NCBI RefSeq assembly: GCF_000181795.1 | Contig: NW_003526943.1 | Span: 7,337,566 to 7,401,565, forward strand | Source: Trichinella spiralis | Lineage: Eukaryota | Direction: 5' to 3' | DNA length: 64,000 nt | In this document: piece after piece, positions 1 to 13,900 of the stretch | Layout of the letters: each line of letters starts with the position of its first letter | How positions within the stretch are numbered: the stretch's first letter is position 1 | Position numbers and translations under genes: made by a program | The notes under the pieces: model-generated | The model's input: only the letters and a program-made list of their open reading frames with translations | Told to the model about the DNA's origin: nothing | Database searches by the model: none

Positions 1-879
1 ATTATCATTACGGCTTTATTTCTGTTGAAGAACATCAATCATACATTGAACATCTGAAAAACGAACATATGGTATTTAAAGATCAAAATTTTCATCTCAT
101 TCTGTTCAAATTGCCAACATCTGGGAAACAGAAGCTAAAAATTATTTCCACATTTCTGTTTTCTTCGAACAATTCGGACTTGTAAAAAAGAGAAAAAAAT
201 TACTGTACACTATGAGAAATTAACCAAAAATTATTTATAAGTAAAAAATGAAATTTATTAATCAAACTTATTTGCAGATCAGTGAATTGACAAAACCAAC
301 AACTCTTTCCATTGTCGAAATTCACTTAATGAAAAATTTATTGCACATCATGACAATCAAACCCATCACCAACAATCTCATCCCATCTTAAAAGAAATAA
401 TCTTTAAAAAAAAGACTCAAATAATTGAACACAGTTGTTTAATGCAGTTTTCCTTTCCAAATTAAAAAAAACTGCTAATGTACAATTAATAGCAACAAAG
501 AAAAAATGACAGCCTTCACTATTTGCTGCATTAGAGTAATTCGAAAATCGAAAACCAATTACCGCTGATCATGCATGCATTTCCGCCCGGTAAATTTTCC
601 AAGCGGTTTTTTATTCTGTTGCAGAGTATTTTTTCCGACCAAAACTATACTGGGGATATCTATTCAAATTGCCCAACGTGTGCTAACTTCCAACTGACAG
701 AATCGATTCCACCTTTGCGCGTTCACGTTCATTTTGCATCAAAATGTTTGCCCAAATTTGGGGAAAAAGCCTGCGGGAGTTTTCTTATTATTATTCGTTG
801 AACAACGCTAACCAATTCGGACGTTCGGAAGAAAAAGCCTTCCCTCGTCACAGTATACAGTAACATGGATAATTAAAAT

Positions 880-1887
880 TTAAATAGGAGAAAAAAAATG
901 TGTCTGTTCTTTTTCCCCTTTTCCACTGACCTTGCTCAACAGTCCCTCTTTCAACAGTTTCCTGCCCGGCATGACCAACTTTGGCGCGCAACCGTCGAGC
1001 ATATTTTGAACGGCAATGATCTTGGCCGAATTTTCAAACTCCTCAATGCAACTGTCCACTGTTTCCGCCAATGCACCGATCTGTTGAACCAATTCTGCAA
1101 AAAGAATTTCTCCACTCAATAAATAAATAACCAATGCTATGCTAATGTAACAATAGAGAAGAGCAAAAATAAGTGAACACGCACTGGAAATTTGCAAATG
1201 TTGTCGCGACGAATTGTCCAACAATTTCAAAATTTGTTCAAGTAAAAGTTTGTATCTGAATTGAAATTCATTGATAACTAATATATATATACATATATGC
1301 AAAGCATTCTCTACAAGTACAATGTGCAATTTTACCGAGGAATGCGTTGTATTGGGGTGATAAGCAGAGCGGCTAATTTTAGACCTTTCAAAACGGGCAA
1401 GCATTCTTGCATTTCGCAGAACTGACGGAACTGTTTGTTCTTTTCCAACAATTGCAGCAACAGTTGCTGCGATGCGGAATAATTTCGACCATAAGCGGAA
1501 TACAATTTCATGAAATGAATCAAATCGCCAAACGCTTCGGCAATTTCCAAGCCGGCCATCAGACGGTCATACAACACTTGGTTGACCAGACGAATTGAAC
1601 GCAGATCTCCGAAAATGTTCGCCACTTCCCGCTGCGTCAGTATTTTTGAACACAAAAGAGGATCGGCAAAATACTGGAATAAATCAAAAATACATACATG
1701 CTTCCAAAAAAACATAAGAAAAACAATAATAATAATATCATAAAAATCAAATTACCCGTATGACAAGATCCAAATGTTCGAGATAATGACGTTCACTGGT
1801 GACAAATTCGTCGTAGATTTTCGCAAGTTGCGTTTCGGTCGATGGTTCCGGTAAGCCGCCATCACATTTTTCACTCATTTTTTCCAT
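880..1887 (-). CDS. Rho guanine nucleotide exchange factor (DH domain plus start of PH), ARHGEF39/FGD-like; spliced, 3' end uncertain
   Basis: Exons 1887-1756 (MEKMSEK...IYDEFVTSERHYLEHLDLVIR), 1673-1336 (YFADPLL...LLITPIQRIPR), ~1255-1185 (YKLLLEQILK) and ~1094-931 (...PGRKLLKEGLLSK), with GT-AG junctions. DH motifs 'EFVTSERHY' and 'PIQRIPRYKLLL' are present. The frame either stops at 880 or splices to exons I could not identify. Confidence 0.85.
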
Positions 1888-4076
1888 CACCAATATCCAC
1901 TGTATCGATCAACGGGTAAAAAGTTGCTAAAAACAACGGTAAACTTTCAGCTATGGGCAAAAAAAAATATTACATGTAGAATTTCAAAAAAATAATCACA
2001 GAAAATAAAATTAACGAGAAATATTTTTCAAAAATTTCAAATCAAAGTCATTTTGAATCGATAATACGAGTGGAGAAAAAGTTATCGGACAAGTTTACAG
2101 TAGAAAGTTTCAAAATGCCACATACAGTGTCCCAAAAGTGAAAAGTACGTACAGTGAAAGTAGGAAATATGCAAATGAAAAAACAGTCAAAAATGAGTTG
2201 AACAAAAGCGTGGATTGTGTGTCTGCCTTTCTGTCTGTTCAACTTTTCGTTTGATTTGCTTAAATTTTGTTCGTGTACATGATCTTGTAGGGCACATAGC
2301 AAATGGACAACAGTTGTCAGTTTTGACAGGAAATCGACCTAATCGTCGTTAACTGATAAACATCTCGAGTTGGATGAATTGAAATTTTTTTCCCCTGAGT
2401 TTATTTTCCGACTGTCTTTTCGAAGAGCTTTAAATAGCATTTTATTTATTTTTTTCTGAATGGTTGGACTAAACAAATAAATAGGCAAGTGAAATCGCTG
2501 CAAATGTCATAATTGTACACCACTTACTGCATGTTTCGGTTGCTTGAAATGCAGCTTCAGCATGGGGCGAGTTTTGCAAAGCGAAGAATGAAATGCAACA
2601 AAGCGTTTGCTGGACAACGGTCGAACATGTGCGTTTTTCCCGATGCGACAATTTGAATGCGAGATGGAGAACACAGATCGGAAACAATCGCCTTTATTGA
2701 ACGGAAAATGCTCTGCAAATATTTCTTTGCTCTAATCGTTCGGCCGATCAAATTGAATTCGACCAAATCGATCCGATCAATTGTCTCACGGTCCGGACAC
2801 TTTTCGTCCAATCGTTGCCACCGAACCAGTGCTAATTACAACTTTCAATTCTACTCTTCAATGCAATCCCAACGAGATTATTTTTCAAGCATTCGAAAAA
2901 GATTTCCCCTAAACAAATAAGCACGAAGTGGAATAAATAAATTACGCGACAGATTGAAAAAAAAGTATACCAGGAAGTGTTTGTGGAAAATTTTTTAAGC
3001 GCTAGTTCAAAATAAAAGCGGTAATGTTTTGCTATTTATCTTTTTTGTTTCTTCGACTCGTATAAACTTCTTTCAATCTTACTTATGACAGCTTTACATT
3101 TATGAATGTAGTAAACAACTGTTATAATTGACATCGATCGCTTCATGAGCTACATCGCTAGCTTAATATTTTACAAATTGCAAAATTTTTGTCGCACATG
3201 AAAAGTATAATAGAAACCCAATCGATAACACGCGACACGACGTAATACTTCGTGCCGATTCGATAATTTCGAAAAAATCTTTTATTCTCACTATTAGTCT
3301 AAATTTAATAATAAAATTTTGACTAAATTGAAATTCATTTTGATAACTTTGATAAAATTATTTTTATACTTTATTTTTTAGACAGTGTACTGTATATATA
3401 AATTTACAGGTACAGTTGTTTAAGTAATACCGTTCAAAAATAGTAGCAACAAATGGTGGTATTTAATAAATTATTAGGTTTTTTATTATTATTAATAATA
3501 TTAATATTTGAATTGTACTGTGTTGTTTATGAATCATCTGAGGCTTTTAAATGAAGCATAAGAGAATAACAGTTGTCATAGTTTTAAATAAAAACCTCTT
3601 TTGTTTCATCAGTATTTGTTTGATTCTATTCATTCTTGCTATATGCTGATGTTGAACAATGGTTTTATTGAGCTGTATAACATAATACAATATATATGTG
3701 CAAACTCACATGAAGATAGGGCAAAAATTTCCAATCTAATTATCATTTTCACTTGTACATTTTTACCCATATTACGTAAGAATATTATGCACCAAATAAT
3801 AAAATTTGTATTGCAATATTTGATAGAGTTGCGTTGTTTATAGGATGATTTGAAAACTGTTGACTGATGTTTTTGCTTTTATATTGATATATTTTTGTCA
3901 GTTGCTTCGAATTTCATTTTCAATTTATTTGTTCAAATTATCAGCGAATAAAGAAAGCAAGTACAGTTTATTTAATACATGAAGAAACATACATAAAGTC
4001 AAATATACATTAAAGGATACAGTAAATTTGGCTTTGGCGTTTCTAGTGGTTTATGGCAAGCGTCGCAAGTGAAAAA

Positions 4077-4559
4077 TCAACGACGTCTGCGTAAACTCCT
4101 TCTTGCAGTTTTGAACTTCTGCTTCAGATCTTTCAATATTGCGTTCGCTTGGGCAGGCGTCAGCAGAATATCCCCTTCAAAAAGCATGCTCGATTCTGGA
4201 TTTTTCATGACAGCTTTAACGCCATCTTCACTAGCCTGAAAAAAAAGGTTGATTCACTTTCAGTTTTTGTTGAAAAAAGGTGGAAGAATAAGCTGTACTA
4301 CTGACCATCATTGTCGGTTGATTGGATTGGGCATTTCCGAGGTATTTTTGTTCGGCTACATAACGAAGCTGACTTAATAAATTTTTAACTTCATCTTGAT
4401 CACCGGATTTCATCGCTTTGTCGAGCACATTTTCCTCAGACGTTGCCTAATAAAAAATGGAAATATGAAGTTCAAATTGGAAATAGCATCTCCTGTGCTT
4501 ACCTGTTGGAAGAAAGTGACGGCGACAAGGCAAAAGAACACTGACAAAGACGAGCACAT
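4077..4559 (-). CDS. 118-aa secreted protein: signal peptide plus astacin-type propeptide, no catalytic domain
   Basis: Three phase-0 exons: 4559-4503 (MCSSLSVFFCLVAVTFFQQ), 4446-4306 (ATSEENVLDK...QPTMM) and 4235-4077 (ASEDG...SMLFEGDILLTPAQANAILKDLKQKFKTARRSLRRRR*). Splice sites are canonical and there is a minus-strand AATAAA at 3967-3972. Confidence 0.8.
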
Positions 4560-5470
4560 TGCGATTATTAGTGGAGAAATGTTGGAGTTTTTGTTTCTGA
4601 TGGGCAGGACAAAGTATGGAAAATTTAAAAAAATGAAAATTAGGTTATAAGGTTATGAAAATGCCGCCTCCCGGTTGGGCGGACGCACGCAAGTCGGCCG
4701 CGGAGGCGATCAGCCGAACCGGAGCGGCCGGCTGCACGTCATTTTTGAAAATTGTGGAAATTTTAATTTTTTTTCTCTCATTTCATTTTTCCTCCAATCA
4801 GAAGACGAAGAATGGAGAAAAAATGAGGATTGATTGATTACGGTCGACTGGGGTTGTTGAAAGTTCAATATCGACGATTGCGTGTGTGCGTGTGTGACCG
4901 TTCAGTTTGCAGTGGGCATCTGCTGGTGGAACAGGCGGGGCGTACGATATGTTAAGCACCGTGGCCCAAAACTAATTATTCCAATGCATAACGGAATGCA
5001 TCACGAATGCGGACACCGCCCACTGACAATTTTCATTCTTCCATTTCGTCATCGCACCGACGTGAAAAAGATTTATTTAAACCCGACCGACAATGACGAT
5101 CATCATCACTACTCATTTCACTTCTTCACCACTACTGCACGACCATTATGCAATAAGACAATTCCATCCACTTTGATTGATCAAAGAAACTTTCGAAATT
5201 TAGGTTGATCATATCAAACCAGATAAAAAATCAAATTGCATTATTTGTCAGTTTTTATTTTCAGTTGAGAAATTATTCTTTTTTTTTCTTCGTTGACGTT
5301 GAATTTTAAGGGACAATCGATCGTCGATTGTCACAGTAAAAAAGAAGAAACAAAACAGGAAAAAAAACCTATAATAACTAACGAAGATGTAGAATAAAAT
5401 TAGGATGAGAAGAAAACAAACAAACATAAAAAATGAATAAAGAATTCATCACGTCATTGGAGTTGTGAAT

Positions 5471-7285
5471 TCACTTTTCAATTGGCTCTTCAATGATTCT
5501 CAGGTACGATTGGAGCAGACCTTTGAAATAGCGTACTGTACGTACTTTCAACTCCAGAGTGGCGTCTTCGTCGCAGACGAACGTCGCTTTGGGATGCAGT
5601 TGGAACGCCGATGCGGTCCACATGTGACTGACGCCATTTTCGACGGCGTTGTGCAACGCGTGCGCTTTCAACGAGCCGCTGATCAACAGCAAAATCTGCA
5701 AATGAAAAAAACGCACGTTTGTATTTCGCTGTTTGGCCGTCTTTTTTTAAATTCAAAAAATCACAACCAAATTCATGTTCAAGCAACATGCTTTATTAAT
5801 TTTTCACTTATCAAATCCGCCACATTGAAATCGACAAGCAACAACAGTGGAGGGGAAAAACCGAATCGCATAAACTGAACAAAAATGGAAAATAAAATAA
5901 TTTGAAATTAAAAATTTCACCATCGAAACTTTTCGTATTTATACCGGGCAACATTTAATATCAAAAAAAATTATTTTTACTTTCCTATTGAAAATTCAAA
6001 TACATATAAATGCAACATTACTTCATGGGCATCTAATAAGGTGCCAACACCGACGGTTAGCGCTTGTGTTGGTACTTGACTGATGTCATTGTTGAAAAAT
6101 CTCGAATTGGCTACAATCGTTTCTTGGGCCAACGTTTTCACCCTAGTGCGAGAAGCAAGGCTTGAACCCGGTTCATTGAAGGCAACATGACCGTCGGAAC
6201 CAACTCCTTACATAAACAAAAAAAATTAAAGAAACGTATAAAAAATTAGAAGCCGCAGCAGCAAACATCACTGTTACAGCGTGCAAAACACGATAAAATA
6301 GTATACCGCCAACGAAAAGCATAATTCCACCAGCGCTGTGGATTTCTTTTTCAAACTCTTCACATTCTTTATTCAAATCAGCCGCATTGCCGTCCAAAAT
6401 GTGCACGTTGGATGGATGAATATCAATGTGGCGAAAAAAATTATGATACATAAATGAATGATAGCTGGCAGGATGATTTTTTGGAATACCTGAATAAACT
6501 ACCCTTAACTGCGTAAAATAATCTAATTTCACTACCTGCGTATTCGTCCATGTTGAACGTCTTCACGAATTGAAAAGATAGCTGACCATTTTTGCAATAA
6601 TCAATCAACTTTTTATACATACCAAGCGGTGTGCTCCCTAAAAGGTTCATACAGCTTAATATTAAATTTAAAACATAAAAAATGAAAACCATACAAACAA
6701 TAAAATTTCATTACAAAATTCATTACTTCTATTTATCGCAACTAGTAAGTAAAACCTTATTAGTTATTCTTAATTAAATGTAATTATAGAAAATAGATAA
6801 TTTATTTGTAAATTTGCTTTTCATGCATAGTAAAGCTTGTTAAAATAAGAAATTATACAAATTAAAAGTTACATAACACTAAGCTAAACAATGAAAAATC
6901 GCTATATTTAACAACCAGTTTATTTAAAGCTTGAGACCTGTTCAATGAATTTTAAGAAACATAAGATGAACGAAAATACGTTTTCAAACTATGAGTGAAA
7001 GCAACTTTTTCAATGCAATCATGTATACGAAATATACATTTTATGAAGTAATTTAGCTGAAAATGTTTCACGCACTTAAGAAATGTAAAATATATTCACA
7101 AATTTAAAAAATAACTTCAATTGATTGCACTTAAAAACACCAAGTAAATTAATGCTCTTACCTGTGGGCAAGCCAAGGGTAAAATAACGATCTTTAGAAG
7201 GATTAAAATCAAGTATCCTTCGACGGACAAATTTTGCGGCAAATTCACTCATTTGTTCATAATCATTCAAGATGACAAGCTGCAT
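5471..7285 (-). CDS. GNPDA: Glucosamine-6-phosphate deaminase/isomerase
   Basis: Exons 7285-7162, 6637-6536, 6489-6307, 6206-6022 and 5695-5471. Motifs: [65 protein letters not shown]. Confidence 0.97.
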
Positions 7286-9492
7286 ATTTTCAACTTGTAA
7301 AACAGGCAAATTCAAAGTAACAAACGTTGCTAACTACAAACTTGAATAACAAATAAAAACGCTGCTTAGCTACGCAAACTAGTTTCTACGCTCACAAACA
7401 GTCAAAACAAGCTTCACAAATGAGCCACTGGCCGCAGCAGTCAACTGAATGCCGCAACTTGCAGCTAATTGTACTGTAGATTTTCAAGTTCAAATTTATT
7501 TTAACAAATTTTGACTAAAAGAATTACTCTTACTTTGAATTTTAATAGCATTTTCATTTAAGTAAAAACAAATTAAAATTCTTAGTGTATAAGTTGCTTT
7601 AATATATTTTCTAATTAAAATTGTACTCTGATGTAAACATCTATGGCCTTAATAACAGTTTTTATTCGAATAAAAACACATGTGACATAAATATTAATAA
7701 TTGTTTTATTAAACTACAATTGTTTTAATTTTTAATTTTAAAATAAATTAAACTGATAGTATTTTGAAATTTTCAGAATTCTTTGAAAATCAAATTTTTT
7801 TCGTAATATATACCTTTTGGTTGGCAAATGAAAATTTCAATGCATTTTATTAAAAAAGAAAAAATCTCCTTAGTTGTATTTTTTGTATTTTAGGACATTT
7901 TAGATATCTATGACATTTAACACCTTTTTTCACTGTAATCTGTCTGTTTGTATCAGATTTCCACAACGTATTTATTATCAAAATATATTGAATTTTCAAA
8001 CTTTTAACATGCATAAAAACATGTTGTTTTTAATAACAGACATTGTTGCAAAATGCCTTCATTGAATAATAGATTTGTCAACACTGCCAGTTTGATTGAA
8101 TAACTAGTTGAAATTTTAGTCAGTTTTATTTAGTTGATGATTAGCATACATTTCAAAAGTGCTTTAAAGAAAATACATTTTTGCCAACAGCAAAATAAAA
8201 TACATTTATTTACTGAAATCTAATACATTTTGACTTTAACATCGTACAACTCATAATTTTGTTTTTGTTACAGAGAAACTTTCTCTGGAACATGCCTGCA
8301 ACTAAATGATGTCGCATTTACAACATTTACAAAAAATAATAAATCAGAATTTCCTCTTTTTTTTATAAAGTTCACACTTGCAATATATTTATTGTCTAAT
8401 ATTTATTTTACCCTAAATAATTCATTGTTCTTATTTTACTGTGCTATTGCAAAAGTTCAAAATCGTTTCAAGTAACAAAAAATTTATTTTCCTGTAAAGA
8501 TAGAAAAAAATTTTGAAAACGTCTAAGCAAAAGTTGCTCATATGAATTCATTGTATTCGACAGTTTTATTTCTTATTTGCTAAATTTTGTCTAAATGAAT
8601 GATTAATAATTAAATTATTTTAAGAGTCAAAATTGGACTTTTTCATACGTTGTATCATGCAGATACATTATAATATTAATTATGAATTACGGATAATTAC
8701 GAAGAATTATATTATTACTTTAAAAAATTGCTTGGATACATTATTGAATTTTGTCTTCAAATGAAAAAATTTTGGGCATAAAGTGCACCCAGAAAAGCTA
8801 TGATTACAAAAAAGAAAAACATAAACATGATAAATAACGTTATTTACATTTTGAAAGAAAAAACAATAAAAAAACTGACATTATTTTGCATAAAAATAAA
8901 TTCACTGACATTTTTGAATCAGGGAACACATTTGACGTTCATGGCTTCTGTTACAGTTTTAGCTTTGTTATTTTTCAAATAAATTTAAAATAGTTCAAAA
9001 ATTGCAACAACTTTAAAAGTCAGCAATTATTAATTTTTAAAAATGAAACTGTTGACAAAAGCGACAAAAAATCCATCTCCTGATATATTTCAAAATGGAG
9101 GCTATTTTTAAATAAATTTCATTTTGAATGTAACAATTATTCATTTCATTAAATGTATGTCATATTTTTATTTAATATGTTAACAATTTATACATTAAAA
9201 AATAATTTTAGCAAACATTTATCATTCTCTCTCTTTACATATTTATTTAGTTATTAAAAACAACAAGTTCTAGAAAAATTTTAATTTATATATGAACAAC
9301 TTCATTGATAAACGTTACACTAATTCAAAAGTTACATTCGTTTGCTTTTGAAATTTATTTGAAATGTTGCTTTATTAATTTGCACCAAATTGAGAATTGC
9401 ATTTCTTTTTATTCTAAATATTTTCCAAATCAGAATAATTTAACAATAACTAAATCCGTTTGCAACTAATTGCAAAGCATTCTTTTCTAAGA

Positions 9493-10213
9493 TCATTTTA
9501 AAATTTTAATTCTGCAGTCTTCATCTTTATCATATTGAATTAATCCGCCGTCTGCCTGGGTGCAACGGCATCCTTTCTTGGGGCGTGGAAAGCAGTTCTC
9601 TTTGTAATCTTTAAAGCGATTATTCATTTCTTCAATAACTTTCTTATGATTCAGATGGGCTTCTTTTTCGATCTGCTCTCCACGTTCTTTTGTCAATGTT
9701 TTGCGTCCACCGAGAGTTTTTCCTGGTCGAGGTTGAAATTCATCATGAATATCATGCGTTGGCTAAAAATCCCCATTTCAAATTAGTACCAATTTTTTTT
9801 TCAAAATGCATCGCTTTATCTTTTGTTAAATTTAAATTTTAATTTCCTTTCTTGCAAAGTGTATTTTTTGTTTGCTTGTACCTGCTGATGAGAAATAATC
9901 AACAGTTTCTCTCTGCATGCACTTGTAAAGATATAAGATTAGTAAAGTGTGAGAAAGTGTTTTTTGAGGTGAAAATACGTATGTTTTTCTTCAATTGATA
10001 AAATAACGTTTTCAAAAACCATCAAAAATACTTACTAGATGTGGTCTTATTTGTTGCACCTCACCATTTTTCGAACTTTCATCATGCCACCCCTGTTAAG
10101 TTATTAAATATAAAAATATCGAATCAAATCGAATCGAATCAAAAATATTTCACCTGTATTATGCCAACGGTGAATGCTAGCAAGAAGAAGAAAACAAGCT
10201 GAGAGTAGCGCAT
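9493..10213 (-). CDS. Small secreted nematode protein with a C-terminal 4-Cys motif (probable cysteine-cradle/CCD-aECM family, SPIA-1/DPY-6-like)
   Basis: Exons 10213-10154 (signal peptide MRYSQLVFFFLLAFTVGIIQ, preceded by a TTTTCAG acceptor), 10092-10036 and 9762-9493, ending ...NCFPRPKKGCRCTQADGGLIQYDKDEDCRIKILK*. A possible micro-exon lies near 9882-9910. The family assignment is from memory of the motif, not a search. Confidence 0.7.
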
Positions 10214-10999
10214 GTTGATGCTACGATGCAACGGTTGGTTCTGAAAATTGCAAACCTTGAACGATGTTTAAAAGTAAAAAAAGCCATTACGCTATTCGTC
10301 AACCGCTTAACGATGTCATTAAACTTTGATGATTGATGTTCAGATGCGTTGTTGTTCGAAAATGAACATACAATTATTTGAATCACTTTGAATTAAAACA
10401 ATATTTTTCAAAGCTGAAAATTTGTTTGTGCAAATATCATCACTTTTGTAATATTTTGCATCATCAATAGGGAAATGAACAAACAAAATTCCAAATTATT
10501 AATTCAATTTTTATAAGATTACGAAATTATTTGAATAATTTAAAATATAAACCTGATAAAACTTCAGACATTCTTTTAAATAAAAATATCACCTTGTTCT
10601 TATCTTAATGATAATTCAACTGTTTGCTGAGAAAAGGCAGAGATAGATTTCATTCAGGTCAAACAATTTCCACTTTTTGTTAATTACAATTTCACATATG
10701 TGCAATATGTTTCAACTTTTCTTTTTCTATTAGTTCGTGCTATTATTTTATTTTGTTTACGAAGCTTCGTCTTTTTTGCTTGATCAAGATTAAGCAGCAG
10801 AATAAATTAAAACTATAACACTCATGGCAGTATAATTTTGATACTGATTGAATATTCTTTTGAATGCTTTCTTATTTTCAATTTTGTTTTGCATTCTTTT
10901 CAATTCTTGTCTCTGAATAAAAAGTTATTTTTTATGCGTTAACGTTCCCGAAATGATAAGTTTAATTATTTCAGAAAATATTAGATGCTCAATTGAAAC

Positions 11000-13900
11000 G
11001 CAGCTGTTGTTAAGCTGCTGTTAATTGCGTCAAAAGCACTATTTATTACACACTGACGAAAGCCGACATGAACCTTGCTTTCCCAATGATGAGACTACGA
11101 GAACTAATACACTAGTCATTGTTCAAAGTTTTTCATGCATGCTCCTTTACCAATTACATCATGAATTATTATTTTAATTGAAATATACATGAGAAATGAT
11201 ATGCTGTTACTTGATGAACCGTAATAATAATTGCAAAAATGTTGTTCACGTCACCAAGTTCTATATATGCTAAGTTGAGGCGTCTCGTGATAAAACAGAA
11301 TAGATTTATCTGCAGCTGCGTCTCATTTAATTTTGCATTCGCCTTCATGCAGACAATAAAATCTCAATAAAATGTGGCTTCTGAAGTCCATCAAAAATAT
11401 TTTCACATGGACGCCTATTCTACTCGCTGTATAGAATTTTCTTTCTCTACACTTTTTACACAAATATTTTCCTAACAACTAAATTGTTTTTAAATCTTGA
11501 TCAACATTTGCCATTGTTAATCTGCAAGCAGTTGCTCCTTCAGCTGTCAGTTTACTCTGCATTTATTAGCATATTAAAATTCGGTAACATGTGACTGAAT
11601 TTATTTCTCTTGAAACAAATGGATTGCTACTTGCGTTAACTTTGCCAAAAAATAGTCATTGGATGTTTAATTTCATTCTCTTGTCCGTGTGATACTAATC
11701 CTATAAGTAACTACAGCTCAAATATATAATTTTTACATCACATCAATATTAAAAGAATAATTTTTTCACAGTGTTTAACTATTCGCAAATGAACTATTTG
11801 ATAAGCATTTTCATGAAAAACGTCACGAAAATGGCGGTATAGAGTTCTGTTCTGTTGGCAATATACAATGACACACCTATATCTTATAACAGAAATTTGA
11901 TTTCATCATTATCAGCCAGATTCAATTTTATCATCAAATGCATTTCAACAGTGCTTGCTTGCACTGCTGCTTTTAAACAGCTATAATAGAAAATAAATTC
12001 TGATCATATTTACATTGTATAAGTGATTCAGTATATAGCTGTTTCTTTTGAAAAAATTTTTTTATATCTGACAAATAGGACCTTAACTTTTGATGAAGTA
12101 CTGAATGCTCAGAATGCAGTATAATGTAGAATCTTTTGTTTAATTCCTTTCGTGGTGGTTTTCTTGCCGCACATCTGCATATTGTGATATGTATATATAC
12201 ACATTTATTTATTTATTTATTTTTATATACAGGTTATTTGTACTTTTTATTCAAACTTACATTAAACTGAGTTTATTATATATATAACATTCAATCAGTA
12301 AACTAATGTTTACGGATAATGCGATGTGATGAGATAAATCTCAGAATTGACATTGTATCTGTATATGAATGTCTGCTCTTCTCCTTTCACAAATTTTGAA
12401 TTTAATTTTGCCATTGATGTAAGTGATATTTGTACTTCTGTTTTAAACTGCTCCCAGCTAGCACATCTTTATTAAAATTAAAGATACGAAGATTGGTCAA
12501 ATTCAGTGTTCTTCATTTCCTTTGGCACTCTCTTTAATTCAGATATTCTGTTGCTGTATCTTGAGCATCATCCCTTTGACTATCACAAAACCAAAACCCA
12601 GCAGAAATTTTTATCACATAATGAGCAATTTGACAACATTCCTAATTTTCAGACAGTGGGTCTATCCATTTTCAGATCTATGCAGAGCGGCCTTTTTTAT
12701 TTGCAATTTTAAAAATGTTTCAACATAAATGAATCTCTCAGTCGATCACTGTTCGCATCAATGCTTGTGAAGGATTAAATATAGTCGAAAAATTTGTGAT
12801 TAAAACTAGAGCATTTTTCAAGAATTTTGCTAAACAATTTGGAAAGTACTCAGGTGTGTGTAAAGCAATGGAACTGTCTCGTACAATGTCATAAGTAGTA
12901 GTGCCGATATGTTGAATGAGCTTTTATAACCGCTTTAAGGTGAGCATTAAAATGTGAAACGCTGTTAAAGTGTTTATTATGGAGTCTAATAAAAATGCAA
13001 AAACTGACGCTTTGAAAAATATTGTGAGCATCATTGGAAAGACAAAGATATTAGCACGGCTGTCATATTTCAGAGTATTAGAGCCCATATTGCTATGTCA
13101 CAAGAAGTTAGAAACAAGCGAGATAATCTTATGGGAAATGAAAAGGATTGTCATTGTTGCAATGAAAGAGCACGTTGCATGTAAGTGGAAAAGGACCCGG
13201 TGCCTCTGCTGAAAGAATTTTACAAAACGCTGTGATTGCTAACTGTGTATTTTAGCAGTCTTGCCAAACTTTACCATTGGAATGGACAGCCACTGTGAAC
13301 AGAAATGTTTAACCAATAAATCTGAAGATGGGGTTAATATTCTGCTATGCATGAAATAACAACATATGATTCACTTTTATACAAATTCTTCAGATGCTGA
13401 AACAGGTTTTACTATTCTCCATGTAACAAAAGGTGTTAGTAAAATATGCAGACTCAAATCGATGATATTCGTGGGTGTGGGGTTTTGCTGCTTCATTGAA
13501 CTTTTTTATGAAAACTCATCAGAACTGGAGAATTGTGACATCATGTTTGACTCCTCAGGATGTACAGTAATAAAGAATAAAATGACGTCAGAAAATGAAC
13601 GCTACCCTAAGGATCCATTGCCAGAAAAAAATGACTGAGATAATCTCTATTTGGATCACCAAAAAACGTCTTCTCACTTTGGCTGAATAAGCTTTACAAA
13701 TCCTCTGCATTCTATCGTGTGACATCAAACGGTCATTCAGGAACTCACTCTACGTGCAGAGAGGTCACCGTGCCACCATGAATGAAGCGACATTGCGCCT
13801 GCACCTCATTTTATGTGCAAACAAAAAATTCAAACGGAACAAACTGAAGATAACGCTTGCTGATTTCCTGTGAACATATTGCGGCGTTTCCTATACTGAA

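Noticed and set aside
2469..2920. Moderately GC-rich ORFs upstream of the RhoGEF, possibly the missing astacin catalytic exons
   Set aside because: There is no HExxH or other recognisable motif and no splice-consistent frame; possibly UTR or regulatory sequence.
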